NCBI RefSeq assembly: GCF_009914755.1 | Contig: NC_060937.1 | From: the human T2T-CHM13v2.0 reference genome, Homo sapiens | DNA: 64,000 bases | Strand: one strand, 5' to 3' | Shown: one piece after another, positions 1 to 14,248 of the stretch | How the letters are laid out: each line of letters begins with the position of its first letter | How positions within the stretch are numbered: the first letter of the stretch is position 1 | Notes under the pieces: model-generated | The model's input: only the letters and a program-made list of their open reading frames with translations | What the model was told of the DNA's origin: nothing | Databases searched by the model: none | Position numbers and translations under genes: made by a program

Positions 1-195
1 TACAATGGACTTTGGGGACTTGAGAGAAAAGATGGGAAGAGGGTGAGGGATAAAAGGCTACAAATTGGGTTCAGTGTATACTGGTCAGTTGATGGGTGCA
101 CCAAAATCTCACAAATCACCATTAAAAAACTTCCTCATGTAACCAAATACCACTTGTTCCCCCCAAAACCTACAGAAATAAAAAATTAAAAAACA
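1..195 (+). mobile_element. L1PB-type LINE-1 3' end with A-rich tail (runs off the window start)
   Basis: tacaatggactttggggact...gggtgcaccaaaatctcacaaatcacc...ccccaaaacct followed by an A-rich tail; homologous to the L1PB 3' end at 25578-25800. Confidence 0.85.
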
Positions 196-454
196 AACAA
201 CTTAGGCTAAGTTCTTTTGAAGCCCCAATTCTTCTACCTTCATAGATAAAATTATTAAATATCTCATTCATTCCTTTATTACAAGGTTTTGAGTGATACA
301 TTAAAGCGTATGTGAATAATTTATTAATTCAAACAAATGTAATATAGCAATTGAATATCACAGAAGACTATGTTATAAAATGAAAATTTACTTTATTTGG
401 CCATAAATGTAATTCTGCAGCTTTTAAATGTTATATTGAAGACACTGATATAAA

Positions 455-725
455 TAACAATAGATCTCATTTATTGAGAGCTTACTATGTGCTGGGGCTG
501 ATATAAAACATTTACACACGTAGAATTTCATTCTATAACCCTATAAATTGGGCAGTATCTTTATACCCACTTTACTGATAGGGAAATTAAAGTACAAAAT
601 GGTTATTTTACTTGGAGAAGTCTATTACTTCTCCAAGTAATAGACTAATAGAATACTATTCAATGTTGGAACTAGGTTTTAAACCAGTCATCAGGCTTCA
701 AAGTCCTCACAACTGACTGCTACAT
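455..725 (-). mobile_element. MIR SINE, degraded
   Basis: tttattgagagcttactatgtgct...cccactttactgatagggaaattaa resembles the reverse-complement MIR core. Confidence 0.7.
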
Positions 726-789
726 AAATTTCCCCCCAAAAGAAGATTTACCCTCCAGTCTAGTTTCTACCTAAAGATGGATACTACAG

Positions 790-935
790 AGAGTACTTCA
801 CAAACTTAATATCCATATGAATTATCTTTGGATCTCGATAAAATCCCAATCCTAACTCAGTAAGTGTGAGGTAGATCCTGAGAATTTACATTTCTGACAA
901 GCTCCCAAATGTTACTGATGTTGCTGATCCAGCTC
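790..935 (+). mobile_element. MER5A hAT-Charlie DNA transposon relic
   Basis: tcagtaagtgtgaggtagatcctgagaatttacatttctgacaagctcccaaatgttactgatgttgctg resembles the MER5A body. Confidence 0.65.
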
Positions 936-1359
936 TAGCCTTTCTGAATCAAGTTTCCTCAAGAAAATTGAAAACTGCTGAGAATGATTTTATTATCTTC
1001 CAAATGCAAGTAAGATAAGTTAATTCATAACATACTATGGAAAATTAGGGGGACCATGATTGAGGGAGATTGCATGACTAAAACGGTTGTTACAGAATCC
1101 TGACAGTGCTCCATTCTAACTTTGTTAGAATGGTAAAATAAGAAAGGGGACACAGAAAAAGATAAGTGGCCTAAGATTTTGATGACATGATGTATATGTT
1201 GATTTGGGTGGAGTAGAAGTATCAAACTTAATGACCTATGAGTAGGTCATTGTTAAGCTAAAATTCAGCTCTCTTTCCTGATTAGGAGAAGAGAAAATTA
1301 TTTTATACTTGGTTTTCTAAAAATCACAGAAATAAATATTTTTATAAAAGCAAACACTA

Positions 1360-1432
1360 TTTTAGCATTTAATTATGTGCCAGAAACTGTTCTAAGAGTG
1401 TTAAATACATTAGTTTATATAATCCTGCCAAA
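1360..1432 (-). mobile_element. MIR, left half (split by the old ERV-like element)
   Basis: tatgtgccagaaactgttctaagagtgtta...aatcctgccaaa; the MIR resumes at 14084. Confidence 0.6.
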
Positions 1433-1813
1433 CGTAAGTGAAAAACATTATCGGAAAGTAAAAATACACAAAAGATCACTGGATGGTCTTTCAGTGCAGT
1501 GCTTTACTAGACTTTCTATGTACTGGCCTATTTTACAAATTTTTAGTGACAGAGTTCATCGTGACCATTTTGTTCTGGTAGAGGCCCAAGTGTTATGGTT
1601 TCTATTCTTATTGAATATTAACTAGTTTTGTATCCAGCCCAGTAATCTTATTCCTTTATAAATAATGTAGCTTCTCAAATGCTCTTTGAAGGAGTCACAT
1701 TAATATACCTATTAACTCATTAATTCATGAATCAAATATAATATTTCACGCATGTTCATTTTATACGGGTAGCAGAGGTATGTTTTTAAATTTTTGAAAC
1801 TTATGCTTTAACA
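1433..1813 (+). mobile_element. 5' LTR of an ancient ERV1-like provirus (possibly LTR37-like)
   Basis: Collinear direct-repeat homology with 13504-14083 (1717-1765 vs 13986-14034 is 38/49 identical without gaps); ends ...ctttaaCA followed by a PBS-like gttttggagatc. Confidence 0.7.
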
Positions 1814-1903
1814 GTTTTGGAGATCATACATGAACATGCCCAAGTAGTCATACCTAAAAGACATAAGGAAATTATATGGTTAAAGAAGTGTACTGGCAGG
1901 AAC

Positions 1904-2392
1904 TGTGAAGGGTGTGAGATTTTACCGTACAAGTTAACTTGTTAGCTGGTCACATTTCATTGATGCTAGCAGAACATAGGAGATTTCTGGGTCAGAGCAA
2001 AGGACTTCATTGCAGCATAGCAGGCAGAGTAAATGTCAGGTTTGCATGGGTTGTCCTTGCATCTTCCAAGTCCATGGAACAATGCAGAGAGAAGCCTGGG
2101 TGAATTTTGCACATACAGCAAGTGTGTGTCACAGATGAGGAGCTATGATTTTAGGTAATTCTAATCTTTTAACTAGGCTCCTAGCAAAGCTGTTCAAACT
2201 TTGCACTAAAGAGAGGCATTATCTTCATTATCCTCCACAACAAATAAGTCTGTTTCCTGGCTGTGAGTGAGGGAGACACTGTATGTGCCAAAGCTATTGA
2301 CTATACAAATACTCTAAAGCATTAGTCTAGACAAAAAGCTGTTGCCTTTGCTGAAGGACTTTGGGATATCCATGGAGAATTTTTTCCCAACA
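1904..2392 (-). mobile_element. LTR40-family solo LTR (ERVL)
   Basis: Minus strand begins tgttgggaaaaaattctccatgg and ends ...atctcacacccttcaca; TG..CA termini. Confidence 0.7.
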
Positions 2393-3385
2393 TACTCCTA
2401 ATAGACTGTTTAGCACAAGCAGATTTTCATCTCCAGAAGTAATAGCACTTGAACTTTGTCTCTCTGCCCACCCTCTTTTCCCCTCCCCAGTCCTTTTCTG
2501 CTTTGCTTTTCTTTTGGACTTACATGCTCTTGGTAACTTATTCCATATTGATAAGAGCAATAATTGGGGTTTGGTTTTATGATCTGAATATCAGTCCTCT
2601 CTGTAGGACAAATGATTGAGAACAATTCTGTTAGGTAAAAGATGACAGAGAACCTGTTTTGTGAGTCTTTGTGGGTTTTTTGTCTATTTATCAGCTCAAA
2701 TCAATTAGCAGTTTCTTGTTCACTGGGGCAGGAGAGGAGGACAACCCTTGAGATATGGAGGGAGCAGTTATTATGTTTCTATGTTTACTCTTCACCTCTG
2801 GATAATGTTGTATAACTGTTGTATAAATGTATATATTTAGTGCAAATATAAATTTCTGCATGTCTATGGGTCTGCGTATTTGTACGTGAGAAGGACTTTC
2901 CTTTTAATATTAGTGTAACATGCGTTTCTACTTCTGAAAAATATTACTAAATTAACTGTAACATCCCTTAAACCAGCTCTGTTGTCAATGATTTATAAAG
3001 ATAACATGATGCTTAAGTAAATAAAATATTCTCATAGTTTCCAGAAAATAAAGAAACTAAATTTTAATACATTAAATGCACAGGATTTAAAAAAAATTCT
3101 ATTGTGAGGAACTCCTGGCTCAGGAAAATTTTCAGAATGTATGTTTGCATAATGAAGGTAAATCTTTTTTTTTTTTTTTTATTATACTTTAAGTTTTAGG
3201 GTACATGTGCACATTGTGCGGGTTAGTTACATATGTATACATGTGCCATGCTGGTGCACTGCACCCACTAACTCGTCATCTAGCATTAGGTATAACTCCC
3301 GATGCTGTCCCTCCCCCCTCCCCCCACCCAACAACAGGCCCCAGAGTGTGATATTCCCCTTCCTGTGTCCATGTGATCTCATTGT

Positions 3386-7226
<3,841 letters not shown>

Positions 7227-7274
7227 TTATTTTGCTCATTAGTTGATGCAGTTTCTTCCTAGTCTTGATGGTCT

Positions 7275-8291
7275 TTACATTTTGGCATGATTTTGCAGCG
7301 GCTGGTACCGGTTGTTCCTTTCCATGTTTAGCGCTTCCTTCAGGAGCTCTTTTAGGGCAGGCCTGATGGTGACAAAATCTCTCAGCATTTGCTTGTCTGT
7401 AACGTATTTTATTTCTCCTTCGCTTATGAAGCTTAGTTTGGCTGGATATGAAATTCTGGGTTGAAAATTCTTTTCTTTAAGAATGTTGAATATTGGTCCC
7501 CACTCTCTTCTGGCTTGTAGGGTTTCTGCTGAGAGATCCGCTGTTAGTCTGATGGGCTTCCCTTTGAGGGTAACCCGACCTTTCTCTCTGGCTGCCCTTA
7601 ACATTTTTTCCTTCATTTCAACTTTGGTGAATCTGACAATTATGTGTCTTGGAGTTGCTCTTCTTGAGGAGTATCTTTGCGGCATTCTCTGTATTTCCTG
7701 AATCTGAACGTTGGCCTGCCTTGCTAGATTGGGGAAGTTCTCCTGGATAATATCCTGCAGAGTGTTTTCCAACTTGGTTCCATTCTCCCCATCACTTTCA
7801 TGTACACCAATCAGACGTAGATTTGGTCTTTTCACATAGTCCCATATTTCTTGGAGGCTTTGCTCATTTCTTTTTATTCTTTTTTCTCTAAACTTCCCTT
7901 CTCACTTCATTTCATTCATTTCATCTTCCATCGCTGATACCCTTTCTTCCAGTTGATCGCATCGGCTCCTGAGGCTTCTGCATTCTTCATGTAGTTCTCG
8001 AGCCTTGGTTTTCAGCTCCATCAGCTCCTTTAAGCACTTCTCTGTATTGGTTCTTCTAGTTATACATTCTTCTAAATTTTTTTCAAAGTTTTCAACTTCT
8101 TTGCCTTTGGTTTGAATGTCCTCCCGTAGCTCAGAGTAATTTGATCGTCTGAAGCCTTCTTCTCTCAGCTCGTCAAAGTCATTCTCCATCCAGCTTTGTT
8201 CCGTTGCTGGTGAGGAACTGCGTTCCTTTGGAGGAGGAGAGGCACTCTGATTTTTAGAGTTTCCAGTTTTTCTGTTCTGTTTTTTCCCCAT
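7275..8291 (-). pseudogene. L1 ORF1 (338 codons) with a single nonsense codon, R130X
   Basis: MGKKQNRKTG...PLQNHAKM is 1017 bp in frame; TGA at 7902-7904 where the consensus has CGA (CpG transition). Confidence 0.95.
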
Positions 8292-9207
8292 CTTTGTGCT
8301 TTTATCTACTTTTGGTGTTTGATGATGGTGATGTACAGATGGGTTTTTGGTGTGGATGTCCTTTCTGTTTGTTAGTTTTCCTTCTAACACACAGGACCCT
8401 CAGCTGCAGGTCTGTTGGAATACCCTGCCGTGTGAGGTGTCAGTGTGCCCCTGCTGGGGGGTGCCTCCCAGTTAGGCTGCTCGGGGGTCAGGGGTCAGGG
8501 GTCAGGGGTCAGGGACCCACTTGAGGAGGCAGTCTGCCAGTTCTCAGATCTCCAGCTGCATGCTGGGAGAACCACTGCTCTCTTCAAAGCTGTCAGACAG
8601 GGACATTTAAGTCTGCAGAGGTTACTGCTGTCTTTTTGTTTGTCTGTGCCCTGCCCCCAGAGGTGGAGCCTACAAAGGCAGGCAGGCCTCCTTGAGGTGT
8701 GGTGGGCTCCACCCAGTTGGAGCTTCCAGGCTGCTTTGTTTAACTCAGCAAGCCTGGGCAATGGTGGGCACCCCTCCCCCAGCCTCGCTGCCGCCTTGCA
8801 GTTTGATCTCAGACTGCTGTGCTAGCAATCAGCGAGACTCCGTGGGTATAGGACCCTCCGAGCCAGGTGCGGGACACAATCTCGTGGTGCGCCGTTTTTT
8901 AAGCCCGTCGGAAAAGCGCAGTATTCAGGTGGGAGTGACCAGATTTTCCAGGTGCCGGCCGTCACCCCTTTCTTTGACTCGGAAAGGGAACTCCCTGACC
9001 CCTTGCGCTTCCCAAGTGAGGCAATGCCTCGCCCTGCTTCCGCTCGCGCACGGTGCGCACACCCACTGACCTGCGCCCACTGTCTGGCACTTCCTAGTGA
9101 GATGAACCCGGTACCTCAGATGGAAATGCAGAAATCACCGTCTTCTGCATCGCTCACGCTGGGAGCTGTAGACTGGAGCTGTTCCTATTCGGCCATCTTG
9201 GCTCCCC
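8292..9207 (-). promoter_or_regulatory. L1 5'UTR internal sense and antisense promoter, CpG-rich, YY1 site intact
   Basis: CAAGATGGCCG on the minus strand at 9190-9200; highest CpG density in the window. Confidence 0.85.
8761..9069 (+). CDS. L1 antisense ORF0-like ORF, 102 aa
   Basis: gcaATGG Kozak context; MVGTPPPASLPPCSLISDCCASNQRDSVG... matches primate ORF0p; no stop until 9067-9069; expression unknown. Confidence 0.6.
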   Translation: MVGTPPPASLPPCSLISDCCASNQRDSVGIGPSEPGAGHNLVVRRFLSPSEKRSIQVGVTRFSRCRPSPLSLTRKGNSLTPCASQVRQCLALLPLAHGAHTH

Positions 9208-9390
9208 CATAATGAAGGTAAATCTTACATCTTAGGGCAGTGTAATAATTGGATGTGTGTTTAAATTAAATGGTTATGTGCCTTTTCCCGGAGCTTATCA
9301 TTTGGGAAGATAATACAAGTGTACATTTTATTTATTTATCTTTAACAAATTTGTGCTTGTTACCAGTGAAGAAACCAGTTAATATTAACT

Positions 9391-9540
9391 TTCTAATCCT
9401 ATACTGGTTATCTGATCTAGTAAGCTACATAAATCATCACATAACATGGAAGATTATGACAGACATTCTAAATCTATACTGGTTATCTGATCAAGTGGAC
9501 TACATAAGCTATCACATACTATCAAATGTTATGACAAAGT
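9391..9540 (+). repeat. Diverged 75-bp tandem duplication
   Basis: ctatactggttatctgatc at 9399 and 9474; ctacataa, atcacata and ttatgaca also recur with a 75-bp period. Confidence 0.85.
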
Positions 9541-10251
9541 TAAATTTATTATGTTTATTAGAATAATAATTACAACAAAAATTTTTATAGTGATAGATTG
9601 TTTTTCTCTATTAGCTTAGATTGTTCTTGTCTTTGTAAATTTAAACAATTTCCAAGAGCTTTAGGTAACTTAAAAATTTTGCATTATTAAATTGAGTTAA
9701 TTAATAAATAATGTTGCATATCTGCATACATTCTTAGTAAGACTGAATAATGAAAATTTATTGTAATGCATAGATTTAAATTTTTATACTTTTGCTTCAT
9801 TTTATATGGTGCAGAATGGTGGTTTTATCTTTGAGTCACATTAATGAATCACTTAAAAAAAGGTGTAAAAGATGTGTGGCTATAGACAGTTGTGTTAAGT
9901 GTATTTTTATATTTTGCTAATCTTCTAAAATATTTGATTAAGACACACTTCACAGCTTTCTCTCTCCCATTTTTTCCTGGGAAATAAAAGTTAGTGACTT
10001 TGATGGAAAGTTATTTATTTGAGTGGTTTAGAGTATACCCAGAGTACTAGTGACAAGAAATAGAACCATGCATGACAGATAATAAAAAAAATTACTGTTT
10101 TTCAAGCGTAGAGTAAATAATTTTGTGGAAAAGTGTATATTTAGGTTGTCTCAGAATATATGAGTATAAAGAAAGACAAAACTTGAGGAAGAATAACAGA
10201 TTATAAAAGATTTTAGAAGAGTGGATATTATTTGCCTTAATTTATATGATT

Positions 10252-10717
10252 TGTATTAGTTTTCTATTGGTGCTGTAACAAATTACCACAAAATTTGTGA
10301 CTTAAAGAATCCCAAATTTATTATCTTACAATTCTGTAATCAGAGCTCCAAATTGGGTCTCACTGGGCTAAAACAAAGGAGCCAGCAGGGAAGCATGCCT
10401 TCAGAAGGTTCTAGGAATAACCTCATTCATTTAACTTGTATTTCTCAGCTTACAGAAGCTACCCCCGATCCCTTCACTCATGCGCCCATTGCAGCCAGCA
10501 ACCACCTCACTCTGACCTCTGCTTCCATATTCACATCTTCTTCTCTGACTTGCTTTTTTCCTCGTAAAGACCCTTGGGATTGCATTGGGCCTAACTGGAT
10601 AATCCAGGATGCTCTCCGCATCTGAAATTTCATAATTAAACCGAAAAGTCTTTATTACCATGTGTTGTAACATATTCACAGGTTTAGGGATTAGAACGTG
10701 GAAATTCTTCTATTACA
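10252..10717 (-). mobile_element. MLT1D-like MaLR LTR
   Basis: tgtattagttttctattggtgctgtaacaaattaccac...ggataatccaggat...catattcacagg. Confidence 0.75.
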
Positions 10718-10790
10718 AGACCTAGGTCTGAAAATAAACTATGAAATGTGTTACAATTGTGCAAATTTGTAATTATATCAAGTTTCTAGT

Positions 10791-11641
10791 TATGTTAGTT
10801 ACCATTGATGCATAAGAAATTACCACAAGCTAGCAGTTAAAAATAAGCTACGTTTGGCCAAGCTGTGGCTCACGCCTGTAATCCCAACACTTTGGGAGGC
10901 CGAGGCGGGCGGATCCCGAGGTCAGGAGATCGAGACCAGCCTGGCTAACACGGTGAAACCCCGTCTCTACTAAAAATACAAAAAATTAGCCAGACGTGGT
11001 GGCGGGCGCCTGTAGTCCCAGCTACTCCGGAGGCTGAGGCAGGAAAATAGTGTGAACCTGGGAGGCAGAGCTAGTAGTGAGCCCAGATCCTGCCACTGCA
11101 CTCCAGCCTGGGGACAGAGCGAGACTCCGTCTCAAAAAAAAAAAAAAAAAATACATTTATTATTTCATATGTTCTGTGGCTAGGAGCCATGGGCATGGAA
11201 TAAATGAGTCTGTTGCTTTATGGTCTCTCCCAAGCCTGAAATCAAGATGTTGACAAGGTCAGTGGTCTCACATGAAGGCTTAATGTGGGAAGGGTCTACT
11301 TTCAATCTTACATAGTTGTGGGTGGAGTTAAATTCCTAGAGGTCTGTTTGTCATCGGCCTCAGTCTCTAACTGGCTGTTCACTAGAGGCTGCACTCAGTT
11401 TCTTGCCATGTGGGCCTGTGCACCACAATTGCTTGCTTTATCAATGCATGGAAGCTGAGAAGGCAATGGTGAATAATCTAGCTTGAATGAAGTCACGATC
11501 TTCTAACACATAAATGATAGCCTCTCAACATTGCTGTATCTTGTCTTAAAAGTAAGCTACTTAAGGATAAGACTTTCCACATTGTTATGAATGCCAAGAG
11601 GCAGGAATTAATGATAATAATTTTAAAACCTGCCTGCAACA
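10791..11641 (-). mobile_element. MLT1E/F-like MaLR LTR interrupted by an AluY
   Basis: gcataagaaattaccac...tctcccaagcctgaaatcaagatgttg...cttgccatgtgggcc...ctgcctgcaaca. Confidence 0.65.
10856..11151 (+). mobile_element. AluY
   Basis: Full dimer with gaggtcaggagatcgagacc/ctggctaacacggtg, many CpGs retained, A18 tail, partial TSD tacgttt/tacattt. Confidence 0.93.
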
Positions 11642-11644
11642 ATA

Positions 11645-12700
11645 ACATTTTCTTCTACTGTTAGCCCCTTCAGTGTATTTTTCATCTCAGATCTTGTATT
11701 TTTAATTTCTATGAGTTCAATTTGGGTATTTTTCTATGTTCCCATATCTTTCTGAACATGCTCATGCTTCCTGCTAACTTATTGAACATATGAAGTATAC
11801 ATGTATTAGCTAATCAATACCTATGTCTATTAACTGTATCATAAGTATCATATCTGAGTCTCTTTCTTTTGACTAATTTTTTTTTTTTATCATGGGTCAT
11901 GTTTTTCCATTTCTTTTCATACCTGGGCAGTAGATGATGAGCATTCTGAACTCTCTATTGTTGAGTGCAGATTTGTGATATTGTATTTCTTCAAATGATT
12001 TTGAACTTTGTGCTTAGATGCAGTTATTTGTCTTGGAAATAGTTTCATACTTTCAAGGGAAGCTTTTAAGCTTTAAAGTGGAACCAGAGCAAACTTTAAA
12101 TTAGGGCTAATTTGTCCCTACTATTGAGTATTCTTCTCAAGTGCTGTATATTATGAAGTTTAACAATAGAGCAGTTGGGAAACTGGATGTCTATCCCTAC
12201 CTCTTTATGAACTCCAGAAATTGTTTTGTCTTCTCCCTTTCTGTGTGTTTTTCCCATCCTTATACTCATAGTCTAATAATCACTGAGAAGACTTCAGGGA
12301 CATCCTCTGCATGTCTTCAGAGCTCTCTGTGCAGCTCTCCTCTCTTCAATACTTGGCATTGCGATACTGGTTGGCTTCATCCTTTTGAATACTCAACTTC
12401 ATCTCTCCAAGACAGGGAGACCACAGGGCTCAACCTGAATTGTACTTTGCTGAGCCTGGAAACTCATTGGTGGAACATGCAGGAGTTACCTTGTTTTTCT
12501 TTTACTCAGAGATCAATGTCCTTAGCTGCCAATTGTTTATATCCTAAAAGCTTTTTTGAAACTTTTTGTCTGGACTTACAATTGTTTAATATGGGAAGGT
12601 AAGTTCTGTACTTTAATTTATAAGACTTATATTAGTTTTCTATTGTTGATGTAACAAATTACCACAAATATTTTCTATCTTGGCTAGAGGTGAAATTTTG
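11645..12700 (-). mobile_element. Old L1M (L1MC/ME-type) 5'/ORF1 fragment
   Basis: cagtgtatttttcatctcagatcttgtatttttaatttct...; ends tctatcttggctagagg, like a degraded L1M 5' end. Confidence 0.55.
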
Positions 12701-13503
12701 GAATATTGTTTTCATTATTTTTAATGTTTTATTTTAAGTTAGTATACAAAGCTCTTTCTGTCTTTTCAACCACTTTCTAACACACAGTTTAGCAGATTAT
12801 TCTTTTTTAAGCTGAAATAAATTATTTAAAATTAATATGTAATTTTTACTATCTCCTTAAAGATAAAAACATAATTTTGCTGAGGTTTTTTATTGGTAAT
12901 CCCTTATTTGCATAGATGAAATATGACTGTTTCTTTCATCTTATTAGGATATAATTGATCAAATCAATAGTTCATCCAAGGCCATAATTGGAGTGTTAAA
13001 TTTGAGAAAAATATTGTTTAATCAGGTATTCAAGCTCATATTAAGAGATAGATATCAATTTTATATATTTGGAGACAAACTCCATAAATCTAAAATTAAC
13101 TTGTTACCTGGATTACAAAGTGAGTCTCACAGGTGATAAGAAATTCACTGTCTAGCAAGTTGAGGACCTTAAAAAAACTTGAAGAATCTCAATTTGAGAC
13201 AAATTTATACAAATATATAATTTGGAAATCTGAAAGAGTGTCATGGGCTTGCTTCCCAGCCCCAGAAGTCTTAGAATAAGTCAGTGTTTGGGAGCCAATC
13301 TGTGATTTCCTTTGAACTTATACACAGAGAGTAAACATTTGGCAGTATTAGTTGTCAAAACTGTTTGAGTCTAATTTGCAGAACAAATTCAAGAAGGCAT
13401 ATTAAGTTCAGTAACACTGTTGCTTTATCTATGATAATAATCAAGCCAAATCTAATAAGACCAGCTTTTTATGTGATCAAGAATAATCTTTGGAGATTGT
13501 GAC

Positions 13504-14083
13504 CATAAGAGAGAAAACTGTCAAAACAAAAATGTTCACAGCTTGGATACAGGTAAACGAGTTTACTGTGTATTTTTCAGTGCAGTACTGGCCTTATTTT
13601 CTGAGTGATTTTCAACCTTCCACAGGTAGTGCTTAACCTGTAGAATTCTGTCTGGTTGAGATGTAATATCTGTCTGTCCAGTAAAAGAGATAACCAAAGT
13701 ATTATTTTTTTAAAAAAATTTTTATTTATTTTTTAACTCTTTATTTCCATAGGTTTTAGGGGAACAGGTGGTATCTGTTTACATGAATAAGTTCTTTAGT
13801 GGTGATTTGTGAGATTTTGGTGCACCCATCTCCTGAGCAGTATATTATGGTTTATAGCCTCATTGACATTAGCCAGTTTCACATTTAATTCAGCAACCTA
13901 TCAAATGCTGTGTTTACCTCTAGCTTTATTTTTATATATACTCTCAAATGTTCTTTAAACTATTCATAACATGCTACTGGTTCCATCATTAAGTAGTGAG
14001 TCACATATAAACTTTGACAAATGTTAATTTTATATTTGAATGAGAGTCATAATTTCTAACCTTTTGAAAATCACACTTTAAGA
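13504..14083 (+). mobile_element. 3' LTR of the ancient ERV1-like provirus (contains an L1PB stub)
   Basis: Homologous to 1433-1813: tttcagtgcagt, tactggcc, ttatggttt, tctcaaatgYtcttt and ttttgaaa..ctttaa occur in the same order. Confidence 0.7.
13706..13842 (-). mobile_element. L1PB 3' stub (~140 bp)
   Basis: ccataggttttaggggaacaggtggt...gagattttggtgcacccatc; T-rich tail on the left; tattat on both sides. Confidence 0.85.
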
Positions 14084-14243
14084 AATCCTGTTAGAAAAAT
14101 TTTATTATTATCCTGGTTTCAAAGTTAAATACATTGATGTATTGTCAGGCTTTGCAACTAGCTCAGGCTCACATATTTCTGATTAGATTGGGTAGGGTTC
14201 TAATAAAGATATCTGGTTCTATAGGATGTACCCTTAGCATTCT
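14084..14243 (-). mobile_element. MIR, right half
   Basis: aatcctgttag...attattatcctggtttcaaag...gcaactagctcaggctcaca continues the MIR broken at 1432. Confidence 0.55.
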
Positions 14244-14248
14244 ATATG

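Noticed and set aside
12141-12602. 153-aa ORF
   Set aside because: GTG start, antisense to a decayed L1M 5' region, no recognisable homology.
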